Below, in pieces: positions 9,627 to 18,269 of a stretch of 64,000 bases of DNA. The notes under the pieces were generated by a model. It was given only the letters and a program-made list of their open reading frames with translations, searched no databases and had not been told where the DNA came from. Origin of the DNA: Acidimicrobiia bacterium. GTDB lineage: Bacteria; Actinomycetota; Acidimicrobiia; Spongiisociales; Spongiisociaceae. The position numbers were made by a program, and so were the translations under genes. How positions within the stretch are numbered: position 1 is the stretch's first letter; each line of letters starts with the position of its first letter. Location: positions 1 to 64,000 of the forward strand of contig JBFGLM010000006.1 of assembly GCA_041576165.1 (NCBI GenBank). The letters run 5' to 3'.

Positions 9627-10088
9627 TCAGAGGTAGAGCCCACCGCTCGAGCTGGCCTCCGGGAGCTCCCGTTGCTGCTGCATGCGCTCCAGCTGCGCAC
9701 GGGCGGCAAGCTGCTGGGTCATCACGGCCGCCTGGATTCCGTTGAAGAGACCCTCCAGCCATCCGATGAGCTGGGCCTGGGCGATGCGCAACTCTGCCTC
9801 GCTGGGATGTTCCTCGTCCAGTGGAACGAGCACGGCGCTCAGCTCACCCCGCAACTCCCGCGGAAGCACGCTGCACAGTTGATCCACCGATGCCTCGAAT
9901 ACTGTGCGCAGGCGGGCCCTACCGCTGTCATCCAGTGGAGCTTCCCGCACCTCATTGAGCATGGCCCGGGTCATGGCGGCAATCCTGAGCAGCTTCCCCG
10001 GTTCCTCGATTCGCTCGGGCGCATCCTCCGTGGCGGGCAGGGCGGCGCTATCCGGTTGACTGTCGTCCGTTGAATGCGTTTCGGTCAT
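9627..10088 (-). CDS. bpa: Bacterial proteasome activator (DUF2587)
   Basis: PGKLLRIA, SEAELRIAQAQLIGWLEGLF.GIQ and C-terminal GLYL (GQYL-like) motif. Confidence 0.9.
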   Translation of the reverse strand: MTETHSTDDSQPDSAALPATEDAPERIEEPGKLLRIAAMTRAMLNEVREAPLDDSGRARLRTVFEASVDQLCSVLPRELRGELSAVLVPLDEEHPSEAELRIAQAQLIGWLEGLFNGIQAAVMTQQLAARAQLERMQQQRELPEASSSGGLYL

Positions 10089-10121
10089 GTGGCTTGACAC
10101 TACACCGACCGACCGCCGGCC

Positions 10122-10931
10122 TCAGAGGTCGAGCAGTAGGTTGGGCCGCGCCGCCTGGACATCGCCAAAGACCTCCGATGTCATGCGCACCATTTCTTCG
10201 ACAACGTCATCGCCGTGCCGGGGATCGTGTGAGGTCAATACGAGGGTGCCCACTTGCGCCCGATCGGCCGCATCCGCCGCGGCCTTCCAAGTGCTGTGGC
10301 CCCAGCCCACCCGGGCGGCGTACTCGTCCTCGGTGTATTGACCGTCGTGCAGTAACACGTCGGCGCCGTCGGCCAGCTCGCACAACGGGCCGTCGAAGTC
10401 GTCGTTGCCGGCCTCGTGATCGGTAGCCACGACGAGGCTGGCTCCTGCCCGATCAAACCGGTATCCCAAACAACCCTGTGGGTGGTGCAGCCTGGTCGTC
10501 GCGATCTCGAACCCGCCGACCGACAGGTCGGCCGACCGGGCATCGACGAATGCCTTGCGTGAGGCCGTCTCCCGAAAGTCCACCGGGAACCACGGCGGCT
10601 GGAAGACGCCCGCCAGCACATCTTCCAGTGTCGTGCCGGGCGGCGGGACACCGTAAAACACGAACTCCGCCTCCGGGTCGTAGATCGGGGTGAAGAACGG
10701 CAGCCCCTGTACATGGTCCAGATGGAAGTGCGTGAAGAAAAGGTGGTACGGGCCTGCCTCCTCCAAGACCGGGGCGAAGGCGATACCGGTGCCGGCGTCG
10801 ACTACGACGACACCGTCGGAGCCGGCGTCCACGGAATAGCACGTCGTGTGTCCGCCATACCGGGTTACGTGTGATCCGCACGTCGGAGCAGAGCCGCGAG
10901 CGCCGTGGACCGAGAACCTGCCATCACCCAT
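10122..10931 (-). CDS. MBL-fold metallo-hydrolase
   Basis: GARGS, YGGHTTC, DAGTG, THFHLDH, TDHE and WGHS motifs. Confidence 0.9.
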   Translation of the reverse strand: MGDGRFSVHGARGSAPTCGSHVTRYGGHTTCYSVDAGSDGVVVVDAGTGIAFAPVLEEAGPYHLFFTHFHLDHVQGLPFFTPIYDPEAEFVFYGVPPPGTTLEDVLAGVFQPPWFPVDFRETASRKAFVDARSADLSVGGFEIATTRLHHPQGCLGYRFDRAGASLVVATDHEAGNDDFDGPLCELADGADVLLHDGQYTEDEYAARVGWGHSTWKAAADAADRAQVGTLVLTSHDPRHGDDVVEEMVRMTSEVFGDVQAARPNLLLDL

Positions 10932-11085
10932 GCCGGCTTGTATACCACGCGGGGGCGTCCGACGCGAAGTGCGGGGGCCGTATGGCGTCGGCGGCCGGCC
11001 GCGTCGCTGCCCGCTCGTCGACTGCCGTGGTGCGCGCTGGGTCCGCCGGACACGAGCGCTGCTCAGCTCGCTGCCTCCGGCGTCG

Positions 11086-11994
11086 CTAGGAGCGAAAACG
11101 GTCGAATGTGGCGGGTTCGATGCCCGCCGCCGCTGCCTGCGCCTCGACCGCCGCGACCGCCGGAGCGAGATCGGTGGGACGCTGCGCCAGATCGGCGATG
11201 GGATCAATGTCGAGCCGTGGAAGAGCCGTGCCGGTATCGAACCTCCGGGGCGGTGTCTCATCTAGCTCATCCCAGGCGATCGGGGTGGCGACCGGCTGAC
11301 CCTCGCGGGCTCGGACTGACCAGGGTGCGACGCCGGTTTGACCCCACCGGTTGCGTAGCCAGTCGACAAATACTTTGCCTTGCCGCCTTGCCAGCCGGAA
11401 CTCGCCGGTGAGGAGGTCTGGTTGGGCAGCCACCATCAACGCCGACGCCAGCTGGGCGAACGTGCCGACCGCTTCGTAGTCGAGCGTCGGAAGCAGCGGG
11501 CTGACGACGTGATATCCCTTCGAGCCGGTCGTCATGACCGCGCTCTCCACGTCCAGGGCGGAGAGGAAGCCGTGGACGACCCGCGCCGCCGCCCTTGCCG
11601 AGGCGGCGTCCCCCTCGGCTGGATCGAGATCGAAGACGAGGCGGTCGGGTTGGTCGAGGTTGGGCACGGCGCTGGTCCAAATGTGAAACGTAATGGTGCC
11701 CAGGTTGGCCAGATACGGAATGCGGTCCGGTGATGTCAGCACCGCGTAGGTGGTCGTCCCACCCTGTTTGGGGACCTCAATTCGCTCGATGTCGTCGGGG
11801 AAGAAGTCAGAGGCGTTCTTCTGGAGGAATCCCTTTTCCCCGATTCCGTTCGGGAAGCGGTGCAGGGTCAGCGGGCGACCGACCACGTGCCGGCCCATCG
11901 CTTCGGCGGCTTTCTCGTAGTACCCGACGAGGTCGGCTTTCGTGAATCCCGACGCGGGGAACAGCACCTTGTCGGGATTCGAGATCTTCGTCAT
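11086..11994 (-). CDS. Stand-alone LigD-type primase-polymerase domain protein
   Basis: SNPDKVLFP, TKADL..YY, RFPNGI, FDLDP, TTGSKGYHV and PWSVRAR motifs; no ligase domain. Confidence 0.88.
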   Translation of the reverse strand: MTKISNPDKVLFPASGFTKADLVGYYEKAAEAMGRHVVGRPLTLHRFPNGIGEKGFLQKNASDFFPDDIERIEVPKQGGTTTYAVLTSPDRIPYLANLGTITFHIWTSAVPNLDQPDRLVFDLDPAEGDAASARAAARVVHGFLSALDVESAVMTTGSKGYHVVSPLLPTLDYEAVGTFAQLASALMVAAQPDLLTGEFRLARRQGKVFVDWLRNRWGQTGVAPWSVRAREGQPVATPIAWDELDETPPRRFDTGTALPRLDIDPIADLAQRPTDLAPAVAAVEAQAAAAGIEPATFDRFRS

Positions 11995-12086
11995 CGACCA
12001 CACGCTATCTGGTCGGGGAGCCGTGGGTGGATCCGGTCGACCCACGTGACGACGCGCCTGTGCCGGCCGTGGCGCCGTCCGGCTGC

Positions 12087-12503
12087 TCAGAGCTGTCGAC
12101 GCTGAACCTCCCGGAGCAGGGCCGCATCCGAATAGGCCATGAGGTCCGGGTCCCACTCCCGCTCAACCACCGGTTCATCTCCGTCGAGCATGTCGACCAC
12201 GGTGTCCCGGAGCGTCCTCGCCCACGCCCGGCCCCTGGCAGCCGACTGCTGGCTGAGCGTGGCGTCGGGATTGACCCGGTACACCCGAGCTTCGATCTGC
12301 GGGTTGGAGCGGGAGCCACGTTCGCCGTATACGAGGAGCACGGAGTTGGCTGGAACATCCTGGATCCCGCCCACCGCCACGAACTCGCCCTCGAAGGCCC
12401 ACCCGGACGCCTTGGAGGGATCAACCGCGTGGACGACTTTGGCCCAGTTCTTGTGTCGCTCATCCCCTACGAGCGGCACGTCAACGGCGACAAGAACTTC
12501 CAT
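12087..12503 (-). CDS. Hypothetical protein
   Basis: Globular-looking ORF with host codon usage; TACAGT -10 box 6 nt before ATG (leaderless). Confidence 0.75.
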   Translation of the reverse strand: MEVLVAVDVPLVGDERHKNWAKVVHAVDPSKASGWAFEGEFVAVGGIQDVPANSVLLVYGERGSRSNPQIEARVYRVNPDATLSQQSAARGRAWARTLRDTVVDMLDGDEPVVEREWDPDLMAYSDAALLREVQRRQL

Positions 12504-12557
12504 GACCCCACTGTACGACGCACAGATACGAGGGCGAATCATGTTGTGGAACGACAC

Positions 12558-12623
12558 CACAGCCACAGCCGCGTCACAGCCATAACCTCAGCAGCAGCCA
12601 CAGCCGGGGTGACGGCTAACGGC
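12558..12623. repeat. Degenerate hexamer array (CACAGC consensus)
   Basis: CACAGC CACAGC ... CACAGC CATAAC CTCAGC AGCAGC CACAGC; same unit as the arrays at 52185 and 52725. Confidence 0.65.
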
Positions 12624-12625
12624 CA

Positions 12626-12803
12626 GGGAGTTCCTCGCCAACAGCCGACAAACCTCCCCAAGCGAGCGAGTCCGGCCACCAAACGCCAGCCAAACGAGCG
12701 AACCGCGCCCGCCAACGGGAGTTTCTCGCCGAAAGGCGACAAACCTCCGTAAGTGAGCGAGTCCGGCCGGCGAACGCCGGCCAAACGAGCGAACGGCGCC
12801 CGC
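12626..12803. repeat. tRNA-linked tandem repeat, two units, 91-bp period
   Basis: 12626-12712 vs 12717-12803, ~12 mismatches in 87 nt by hand; second unit overlaps the tRNA-Arg 3' end (GCGCCCGC). Confidence 0.85.
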
Positions 12804-12869
12804 GGCAGGATTCGAACCTGCGACCTACCGCTTAGGAGGCGGTTGCTCTATCCCCTGAGCTACGCGGGC
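12797..12869 (-). tRNA. tRNA-Arg (anticodon CCT)
   Basis: GCCCGCG acceptor stem, TAGCTCAG..GG D-arm, ACCGC-CTCCTAA-GCGGT anticodon arm, GGTTCGAATCC T-loop; CCA not encoded. Confidence 0.97.
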
Positions 12870-12906
12870 ACACCGACACGGTAGCCGCCGCCGGCGAGCT
12901 GGAGGC

Positions 12907-13317
12907 TCAGACCGCGCCCAGCGCCACCGCGGCCGCGAGGATGCCCAAACTGACGAGCACGATCAAGCCTTGGATCAGGCCGCGCACCTTGGCACTTGTG
13001 TTCCTGGCAGTGAGCTGGTGTCCGAGGGTCAGAGCGATCGCGATACCGACCAGCAGCAGCTTGAAGACCAAGACGCGCCCGAAAGTGTTGTTTATTCCCG
13101 CCGATAGATCGATACGGGTCAGCTGGAAGATTCCGGTGGCGATCGCCAACAACATGGCCACCCAGGCGAGCCGCCCGAACTGGCGGGCCATTGCTTGTAT
13201 GGCCGCTCGGTCGGCGCCCGCTTTGCGCATCGCGGGCACGAGCGCCGCCAGGGTGATGAGTCCGCCCACCCAAGTGGCGGCGGCGAGGAGGTGGAGCCAG
13301 CGGACCAGCAGATCCAT
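12907..13317 (-). CDS. Four-TM membrane protein, CopD/DUF4149-like
   Basis: RWLHLLAAATWVGG, ATGI and KLLLV motifs; TACGAT -10 box before ATG. Confidence 0.7.
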   Translation of the reverse strand: MDLLVRWLHLLAAATWVGGLITLAALVPAMRKAGADRAAIQAMARQFGRLAWVAMLLAIATGIFQLTRIDLSAGINNTFGRVLVFKLLLVGIAIALTLGHQLTARNTSAKVRGLIQGLIVLVSLGILAAAVALGAV

Positions 13318-13451
13318 GTCGGCTGATCGTACCGCTGCCGCGCGCCGTGAGCCGGTACGGCGTAGCCAACCCTCGCCGCACGTCATGCCCAACTGGCCGG
13401 TTCTCCGCCCTGGGCGTATCCTCTGGGTGGGCCCACCTGGGAGTTTGATAC

Positions 13452-15074
13452 ATGCCCTACGAGCGACTGAGTTCGCTGGACGCCTCGTTTCTCGCACTTG
13501 AAACCCGTACGACCCACATGCACGTGGCTGCCGTATCCGTTTTCGAAGCAGCACCTTTGCGATCGGAAGCCGGCGGCATCGACATTGACCGCATCCGCCG
13601 TTTCATCCAATCGCGGCTCCACTACATCCCTCGCTACCGCCAGCGTTTGGCGTGGATTCCCCTCGAGCGCCATCCGGTATGGGTCGACGACGACCATTTC
13701 CAGCTCAGCTACCACGTCCGGCACACAAGCCTTCCCCAACCCGGTACCGACCTCCAGCTCAAACAGTTGACGGGCCGGATTCTGTCTCAGCAGCTCGACC
13801 GCCAGAAGCCGCTGTGGGAGATCTGGGTGGTCGAGGGTCTGGAGGGTGACCGGCTGGCGCTGATCTCCAAGATCCACCACGCCATGCTGGACGGTGTCGC
13901 CGGGGCGGGCATCATGGGCGTTCTCTTGAATGTGGTGCCCACCAACGAAATCGAAGACCCGAAACCCTGGGAACCGACACCCCCGCCGCATGAGGCCGAA
14001 CTGGTCGCCGGAGAGATCAGCCGCCGGATCAGCGCCAGCTTCGAGCGCATGCGCAACGCCCGGCGGGCGATGGATGACACGCGCCAGTTGGTCGAGGGCG
14101 GCCTCCGCAAGGCACGGGCCGTCTATTTCTCTTTGAGCTCGGGCTGGCTCACCCGGGCTGCCTCGACCCCCCTCAACCAACGTATCGGACCCAACCGCCG
14201 ATTTGACTGGGTGGAAGTAGCGCTGGCCGACATCAAGGAGATCCGGAAGGGACTCGGAGGCACGGTCAACGACGTCGTGCTCGCGGCAACGGCCGGAGCG
14301 ATACGGCATTTCCTGATCGAGCGCCGTTCGTTCACCGACCTCGACGTCGACTTTCGGGCCATGGCGCCGGTCAGCGTGCGCTCCCGGCCCCAAGCAGGTG
14401 AGCTGGGCAATCAGGTAGCCATGTGGCTCGTTGCGCTTCCAATCGCGGAGCCGGATCCAGTGAAGCGCCTGGAAGCCATAAAGGAAGAAACGCTACGTTT
14501 GAAACAGGGCGAGCATGCGTTGGGGGCGCAGACCATCGTCAAGGCGTCCGGTGGTGCTCCGCACACACTGGTGTCGCTTGGTGCGCGGCTCGCTACCGGC
14601 ATCCGGCCGTTCAATCTGACCGTCACCAACGTACCCGGCCCTCAGTTCCCGATGTACATGCTGGAGTCGAAGCTGCTCGCCCAGTATCCGGTCGTGCCGT
14701 TATGGCATCGTCACGGAGTGGGCATCGCACTGTTCTCGTACGACGGGACGGTGGCCTGGGGTTTGAACGCGGACTGGGATCTGGTACCGGACACCGACGC
14801 GTTGGCCGCGTGTATCACCGGTTCGATCGAGGAGTTGTGCGAGGCCTCCCGGGCCGCCCGGGGCGAACAGCCTGCACCTGCGGACGGTGGCGGTACGCGT
14901 CGCAAGGCTGCGGAGGGTAAGTCCGCCACCAAGGGGTCCGCCGGCTCGGCAAGCGCAGGGAATGGTGCACGGGCGGCCAAAACCGACACCGCAACGACCA
15001 AGGGCAAGGCGACCGCAAAGCCATCAGCGCCCGCCAAATCTGCCAAGGCTTCACCTTCTGGCGGGCAGGACTGA
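13452..15074 (+). CDS. Wax ester synthase / diacylglycerol acyltransferase (WS/DGAT)
   Basis: RLSSLDASFL, LDRQKPLWE, catalytic HHAMLDG, TVNDVVLA and NLTVTNVPGP motifs; Lys/Ala-rich tail. Confidence 0.95.
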   Translation: MPYERLSSLDASFLALETRTTHMHVAAVSVFEAAPLRSEAGGIDIDRIRRFIQSRLHYIPRYRQRLAWIPLERHPVWVDDDHFQLSYHVRHTSLPQPGTDLQLKQLTGRILSQQLDRQKPLWEIWVVEGLEGDRLALISKIHHAMLDGVAGAGIMGVLLNVVPTNEIEDPKPWEPTPPPHEAELVAGEISRRISASFERMRNARRAMDDTRQLVEGGLRKARAVYFSLSSGWLTRAASTPLNQRIGPNRRFDWVEVALADIKEIRKGLGGTVNDVVLAATAGAIRHFLIERRSFTDLDVDFRAMAPVSVRSRPQAGELGNQVAMWLVALPIAEPDPVKRLEAIKEETLRLKQGEHALGAQTIVKASGGAPHTLVSLGARLATGIRPFNLTVTNVPGPQFPMYMLESKLLAQYPVVPLWHRHGVGIALFSYDGTVAWGLNADWDLVPDTDALAACITGSIEELCEASRAARGEQPAPADGGGTRRKAAEGKSATKGSAGSASAGNGARAAKTDTATTKGKATAKPSAPAKSAKASPSGGQD

Positions 15075-15077
15075 CCG

Positions 15078-15821
15078 TCAGGCGATAGTCGGGAAGTATT
15101 GCCCGATATCGTGAAAGAAGCGGGAGCGCGGGAGCACCGTGGTGGCGCCCAGTGACCGGGCTCGGACCATCGCCACATCGTCGACGTGCGGACCATAGGC
15201 CACTACGGTCGAGCCCTGTTTGACGGCAGCGCGGATGGCGTCGTCGCTGTCCCGAAAGTCCAAATCGATGATCACCGTGCCCGGCGGGTCGGTGAGCTCT
15301 TCGACTGACCGGAACACAACCAGCTCGAACCCGCGGCTCGTCGCCGCTGCCTCGATCTTCGATCGGTCCATCAGGTTGGTGCCGACATAGGCGAGTCTCG
15401 GCGCGGGCGGGGCCGTCATGGCCCGCGCTTTGCGCATCCCCCATGCCATGTGCGCTCGCCAAGCCTCCTCCCCCAGCTCCTGGGACGACCCCGGCGCCAG
15501 CCCGAATACGTCGCCAGGAAGGGCCCGGGAGGCTGCCTCATCCCGGGCAGAGGGCTCAGCCTCAGCCTCCAACAGGGCCTGGGTGGGGAACCGCATGGCC
15601 TCCTGGAAGATCTCGAGTGGACCCCGGCGTTGTTCGGCAAACGGTTGGGTCAGGAGACGCATGAGGTTTTGTTCAAGCCAGATGCGGCCTTCGGCAATCG
15701 CCGTATCCAGCCGCACCGCGTCGAGAGCCACGCTGTCGAGCTCCAGCTCAGCGAGCCGGGCACGGACGAACGAAGGGAAGATCTCCGTGAAAGCCTGGAT
15801 GAGGTCGTCATTGCCGGTCAA
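15078..15821 (-). CDS. Hypothetical protein with C-terminal receiver-like alpha/beta domain
   Basis: C-terminal VIIDLD...VAYGPHVD...ARSLGA..VLPRSRF pattern; TTG start. Confidence 0.65.
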   Translation of the reverse strand: MTGNDDLIQAFTEIFPSFVRARLAELELDSVALDAVRLDTAIAEGRIWLEQNLMRLLTQPFAEQRRGPLEIFQEAMRFPTQALLEAEAEPSARDEAASRALPGDVFGLAPGSSQELGEEAWRAHMAWGMRKARAMTAPPAPRLAYVGTNLMDRSKIEAAATSRGFELVVFRSVEELTDPPGTVIIDLDFRDSDDAIRAAVKQGSTVVAYGPHVDDVAMVRARSLGATTVLPRSRFFHDIGQYFPTIA

Positions 15822-15870
15822 CGGACCAACTTTCGGCTGTGAGTGCCCGTGCGGGTACGCCCCAGCCTAA

Positions 15871-16014
15871 GGGGGTCAGCGGATAGGCCACTATCTCGTC
15901 GGAGGTTTACCACCGCATGCTGCGCGCCGAGTGCAAGTGCCCATGTCCATAGAGCGGTGTCGCGATAACCGCTACGTCCGGTCGGACCGTTCCCCTGCCT
16001 ATCGGCTGACCCCC
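15871..16014 (+). mobile_element. MITE copy 1 (144 bp, 18-bp TIRs)
   Basis: TIRs GGGGGTCAGCGGATAGGC / GCCTATCGGCTGACCCCC; homologous inverted copy at 32716-32857; flanks CCAGCC-TAA and CAA-GG. Confidence 0.85.
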
Positions 16015-16028
16015 CAAGGTTGCGACCG

Positions 16029-16997
16029 CTATCCGCTGAACACCTCCACGACCATCAGGCCGAGCGGGCCGCGGTAGGCGCCGATCCCCACCCGCCGGAA
16101 CCGGGATTCCAGCATGTTGACCCGATGTCCCGGACTGGCCAGCAGACCTTCGTGGACGTTCTCAACCGTCGGCGCCAGTGCCAGGTTCTCGCCGACCACC
16201 ACGTAGGGGATCCGGGCGGTTTGCAGCCGCTCGGCCACGGTTCCGGTGTCGGGCGAGACATGGGAGAAGTACCCTGCGGTGTACATCTCGAACGCATGCG
16301 CCTCCGCCACCTCCGCCAGCGCATCCGACCACGCGAGAGGCTCTGCCCCGGCATCAACGCGGGCCAGGTTGAGCAAGTCGAAGATGGCCCTCGCGGCATC
16401 GGAGGTTGCTTCTATGTCACTCGAGACGGCAATGGCCACCCGCTGCTCGCCGTCGATGACAACCCGGCCTGCGCCGATCGCCCGGTCGAGGTTCACCATC
16501 GCTTCGAGGACTCGCTCCTGGTCGAAGGCCACAACGATGTCGTAGGTCGGGGATCCGGGCTCGGTCAGCGAGGTCACCGCCCGGGACCCCGCCAGCACCG
16601 AGTCCGCCGACTCGCTCAAGGGCAACGCAACGGCCACCAGCAGCATCAGCGTCGCGAGCACGCTCAGCCATACCAGCGAGAACAACCCGCCCAACACACG
16701 CGACCACACCGACGGGGCGTACACGAACCGGCGCGCCACGAGCGACGCGGCGTAACTACCCAGAATCACCCCAGCGATGAAGATGAGACCGCCGGCCATG
16801 AACCGGGCCGGGAGCGACGAGGCTCCGCTCCACGAGGCGATGACTGAAGCGGCGGCTCCGTTGAATCGAAACGCGGCGAAGGCGGAGATGATCAGAACCA
16901 GCAGGTCGAGGGATTCGCGCAGAGCTCCCCTGATGATGCCTCGCGTCAGCACTGCGGCCGTTACCACCATGAGAGCGATATCGAGACCGGCCATCAT
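16029..16997 (-). CDS. CvpA (colicin V production) domain fused to CAP/SCP domain
   Basis: N-terminal LD...RG..RG..RE TM domain; C-terminal NLAR, HAFEM, YFSH, GENLA, SPGHRVNM and VGIG CAP motifs. Confidence 0.85.
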   Translation of the reverse strand: MMAGLDIALMVVTAAVLTRGIIRGALRESLDLLVLIISAFAAFRFNGAAASVIASWSGASSLPARFMAGGLIFIAGVILGSYAASLVARRFVYAPSVWSRVLGGLFSLVWLSVLATLMLLVAVALPLSESADSVLAGSRAVTSLTEPGSPTYDIVVAFDQERVLEAMVNLDRAIGAGRVVIDGEQRVAIAVSSDIEATSDAARAIFDLLNLARVDAGAEPLAWSDALAEVAEAHAFEMYTAGYFSHVSPDTGTVAERLQTARIPYVVVGENLALAPTVENVHEGLLASPGHRVNMLESRFRRVGIGAYRGPLGLMVVEVFSG

Positions 16998-17024
16998 CGG
17001 GCCCAATCGCGCAGGCCCCGAGAA

Positions 17025-18251
17025 TCAGTCTGCCGACTCGGGCGGGTCATGGTGAGCGAACTTGTCCGACAGCTCCCGCACCTCCAGCTCGGCCACGCGC
17101 CGGATGCGCTCGGCCAGCCGGCCGGGTTCCACTTCCACCAGTACTGCCTCCTGGGCCTCTTCCCACGACTCCCCCAGGACGCGCGTGCGCCAGACATGGC
17201 TGATGAGAATCTTCAGCGCGGCGGTGAGGGGGACCGCGATCAGCACACCAAATAGACCGCCGATCGAGCCGCCCACCAGCAGCGCCAGGATGATCATCAC
17301 CGGGTGCAGTTTCACGGTGTAGCGGAGGATGACCGGGCTGATGAGGTGGTTGTCCAGTTGCTGAATGATGGCAAAGATGACGGCCACCCAGAGGGCTTTG
17401 GAGACATCGCCCGCAACGAGCGCAGTCATCACGCCCAGGATGCCACCCACCCACGGGCCCACGAACGGAATGATGTTGAGGAAACCAGCGATCAGGCCCA
17501 CGATCAGCCAGAAGGGCAGATCCAGCATCAGCAAGCCGAGGCTGGACAGCAGTCCGACGATGAGCGCCACGAGCAGCTGACCGCGCACGAACCCGCCGAT
17601 CGCCTTCGCCACCGTGTTCGACACGTGAGTGACCTCTTCTCGCAGGTTTTCCGGTACGAGTCCGACTGCGGCCTGGCGCAGGCCGGGCGCGTCCATGAGG
17701 ATGTAGAGGGCGAGCACCGGCGCCAGCAGCACCAGGAGGACGATCTCGACGACCCCCAACGCAATCTCGCCCACCTGACCGATCCCTTCCAGGATGACTT
17801 CCTGGTTGGAAGGATCCTGGAGCCATGCCTGAATCTCGGCCACGATCGATTCGAGCCGGGTGGCTGAGATGGGCACCCCGAACCGATCACCGACATCCGC
17901 CACCCACTGGGACAGCCTTTCGGTCAGCTCCGGAAGACGATCGCCGAGTTCGGTCGCCTGACTGGTCACGACAGGAAGAACGAGAAAACCGATCAACACC
18001 ACCAGGCCGCCGAACAGCACATACGACAGGCATCCGCCCACCACCCGTGGCACCTTGCGGCGGGACAGCCGCTCCACCAGCGGATTGAACAAATAGACGA
18101 GGATGACGGCCAGTATCAGTGGCGTCCAGATGATGCGGAACTGGACGATCAGCCAGATCAACACTGCCAGGACGAGCAGAATCCCGGCCAGGCTCCAAGC
18201 TGCGACGCCGGCTCGACGAAGGCGCTCGAAGGCTGGCGAAGGTTCATTCAT
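17025..18251 (-). CDS. AI-2E family transporter
   Basis: YLFNPLV, FVRGQLL, NIIPFVGP, QQLDNHLISP, LHPV and LIAVP motifs. Confidence 0.92.
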   Translation of the reverse strand: MNEPSPAFERLRRAGVAAWSLAGILLVLAVLIWLIVQFRIIWTPLILAVILVYLFNPLVERLSRRKVPRVVGGCLSYVLFGGLVVLIGFLVLPVVTSQATELGDRLPELTERLSQWVADVGDRFGVPISATRLESIVAEIQAWLQDPSNQEVILEGIGQVGEIALGVVEIVLLVLLAPVLALYILMDAPGLRQAAVGLVPENLREEVTHVSNTVAKAIGGFVRGQLLVALIVGLLSSLGLLMLDLPFWLIVGLIAGFLNIIPFVGPWVGGILGVMTALVAGDVSKALWVAVIFAIIQQLDNHLISPVILRYTVKLHPVMIILALLVGGSIGGLFGVLIAVPLTAALKILISHVWRTRVLGESWEEAQEAVLVEVEPGRLAERIRRVAELEVRELSDKFAHHDPPESAD

Positions 18252-18269
18252 TAGCGCCGGGGAGTGTAC

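Noticed and set aside
12626-12803. Possible mini-CRISPR array
   Set aside because: The whole 91-bp unit is repeated, with no unique spacers, only two units and no cas genes
16026-16040. TCAGCGGATAG at the CvpA-CAP 3' end resembling a MITE TIR
   Set aside because: It is the coding end (Phe-Ser-Gly-stop) and lacks the terminal GGGGG; treated as coincidence
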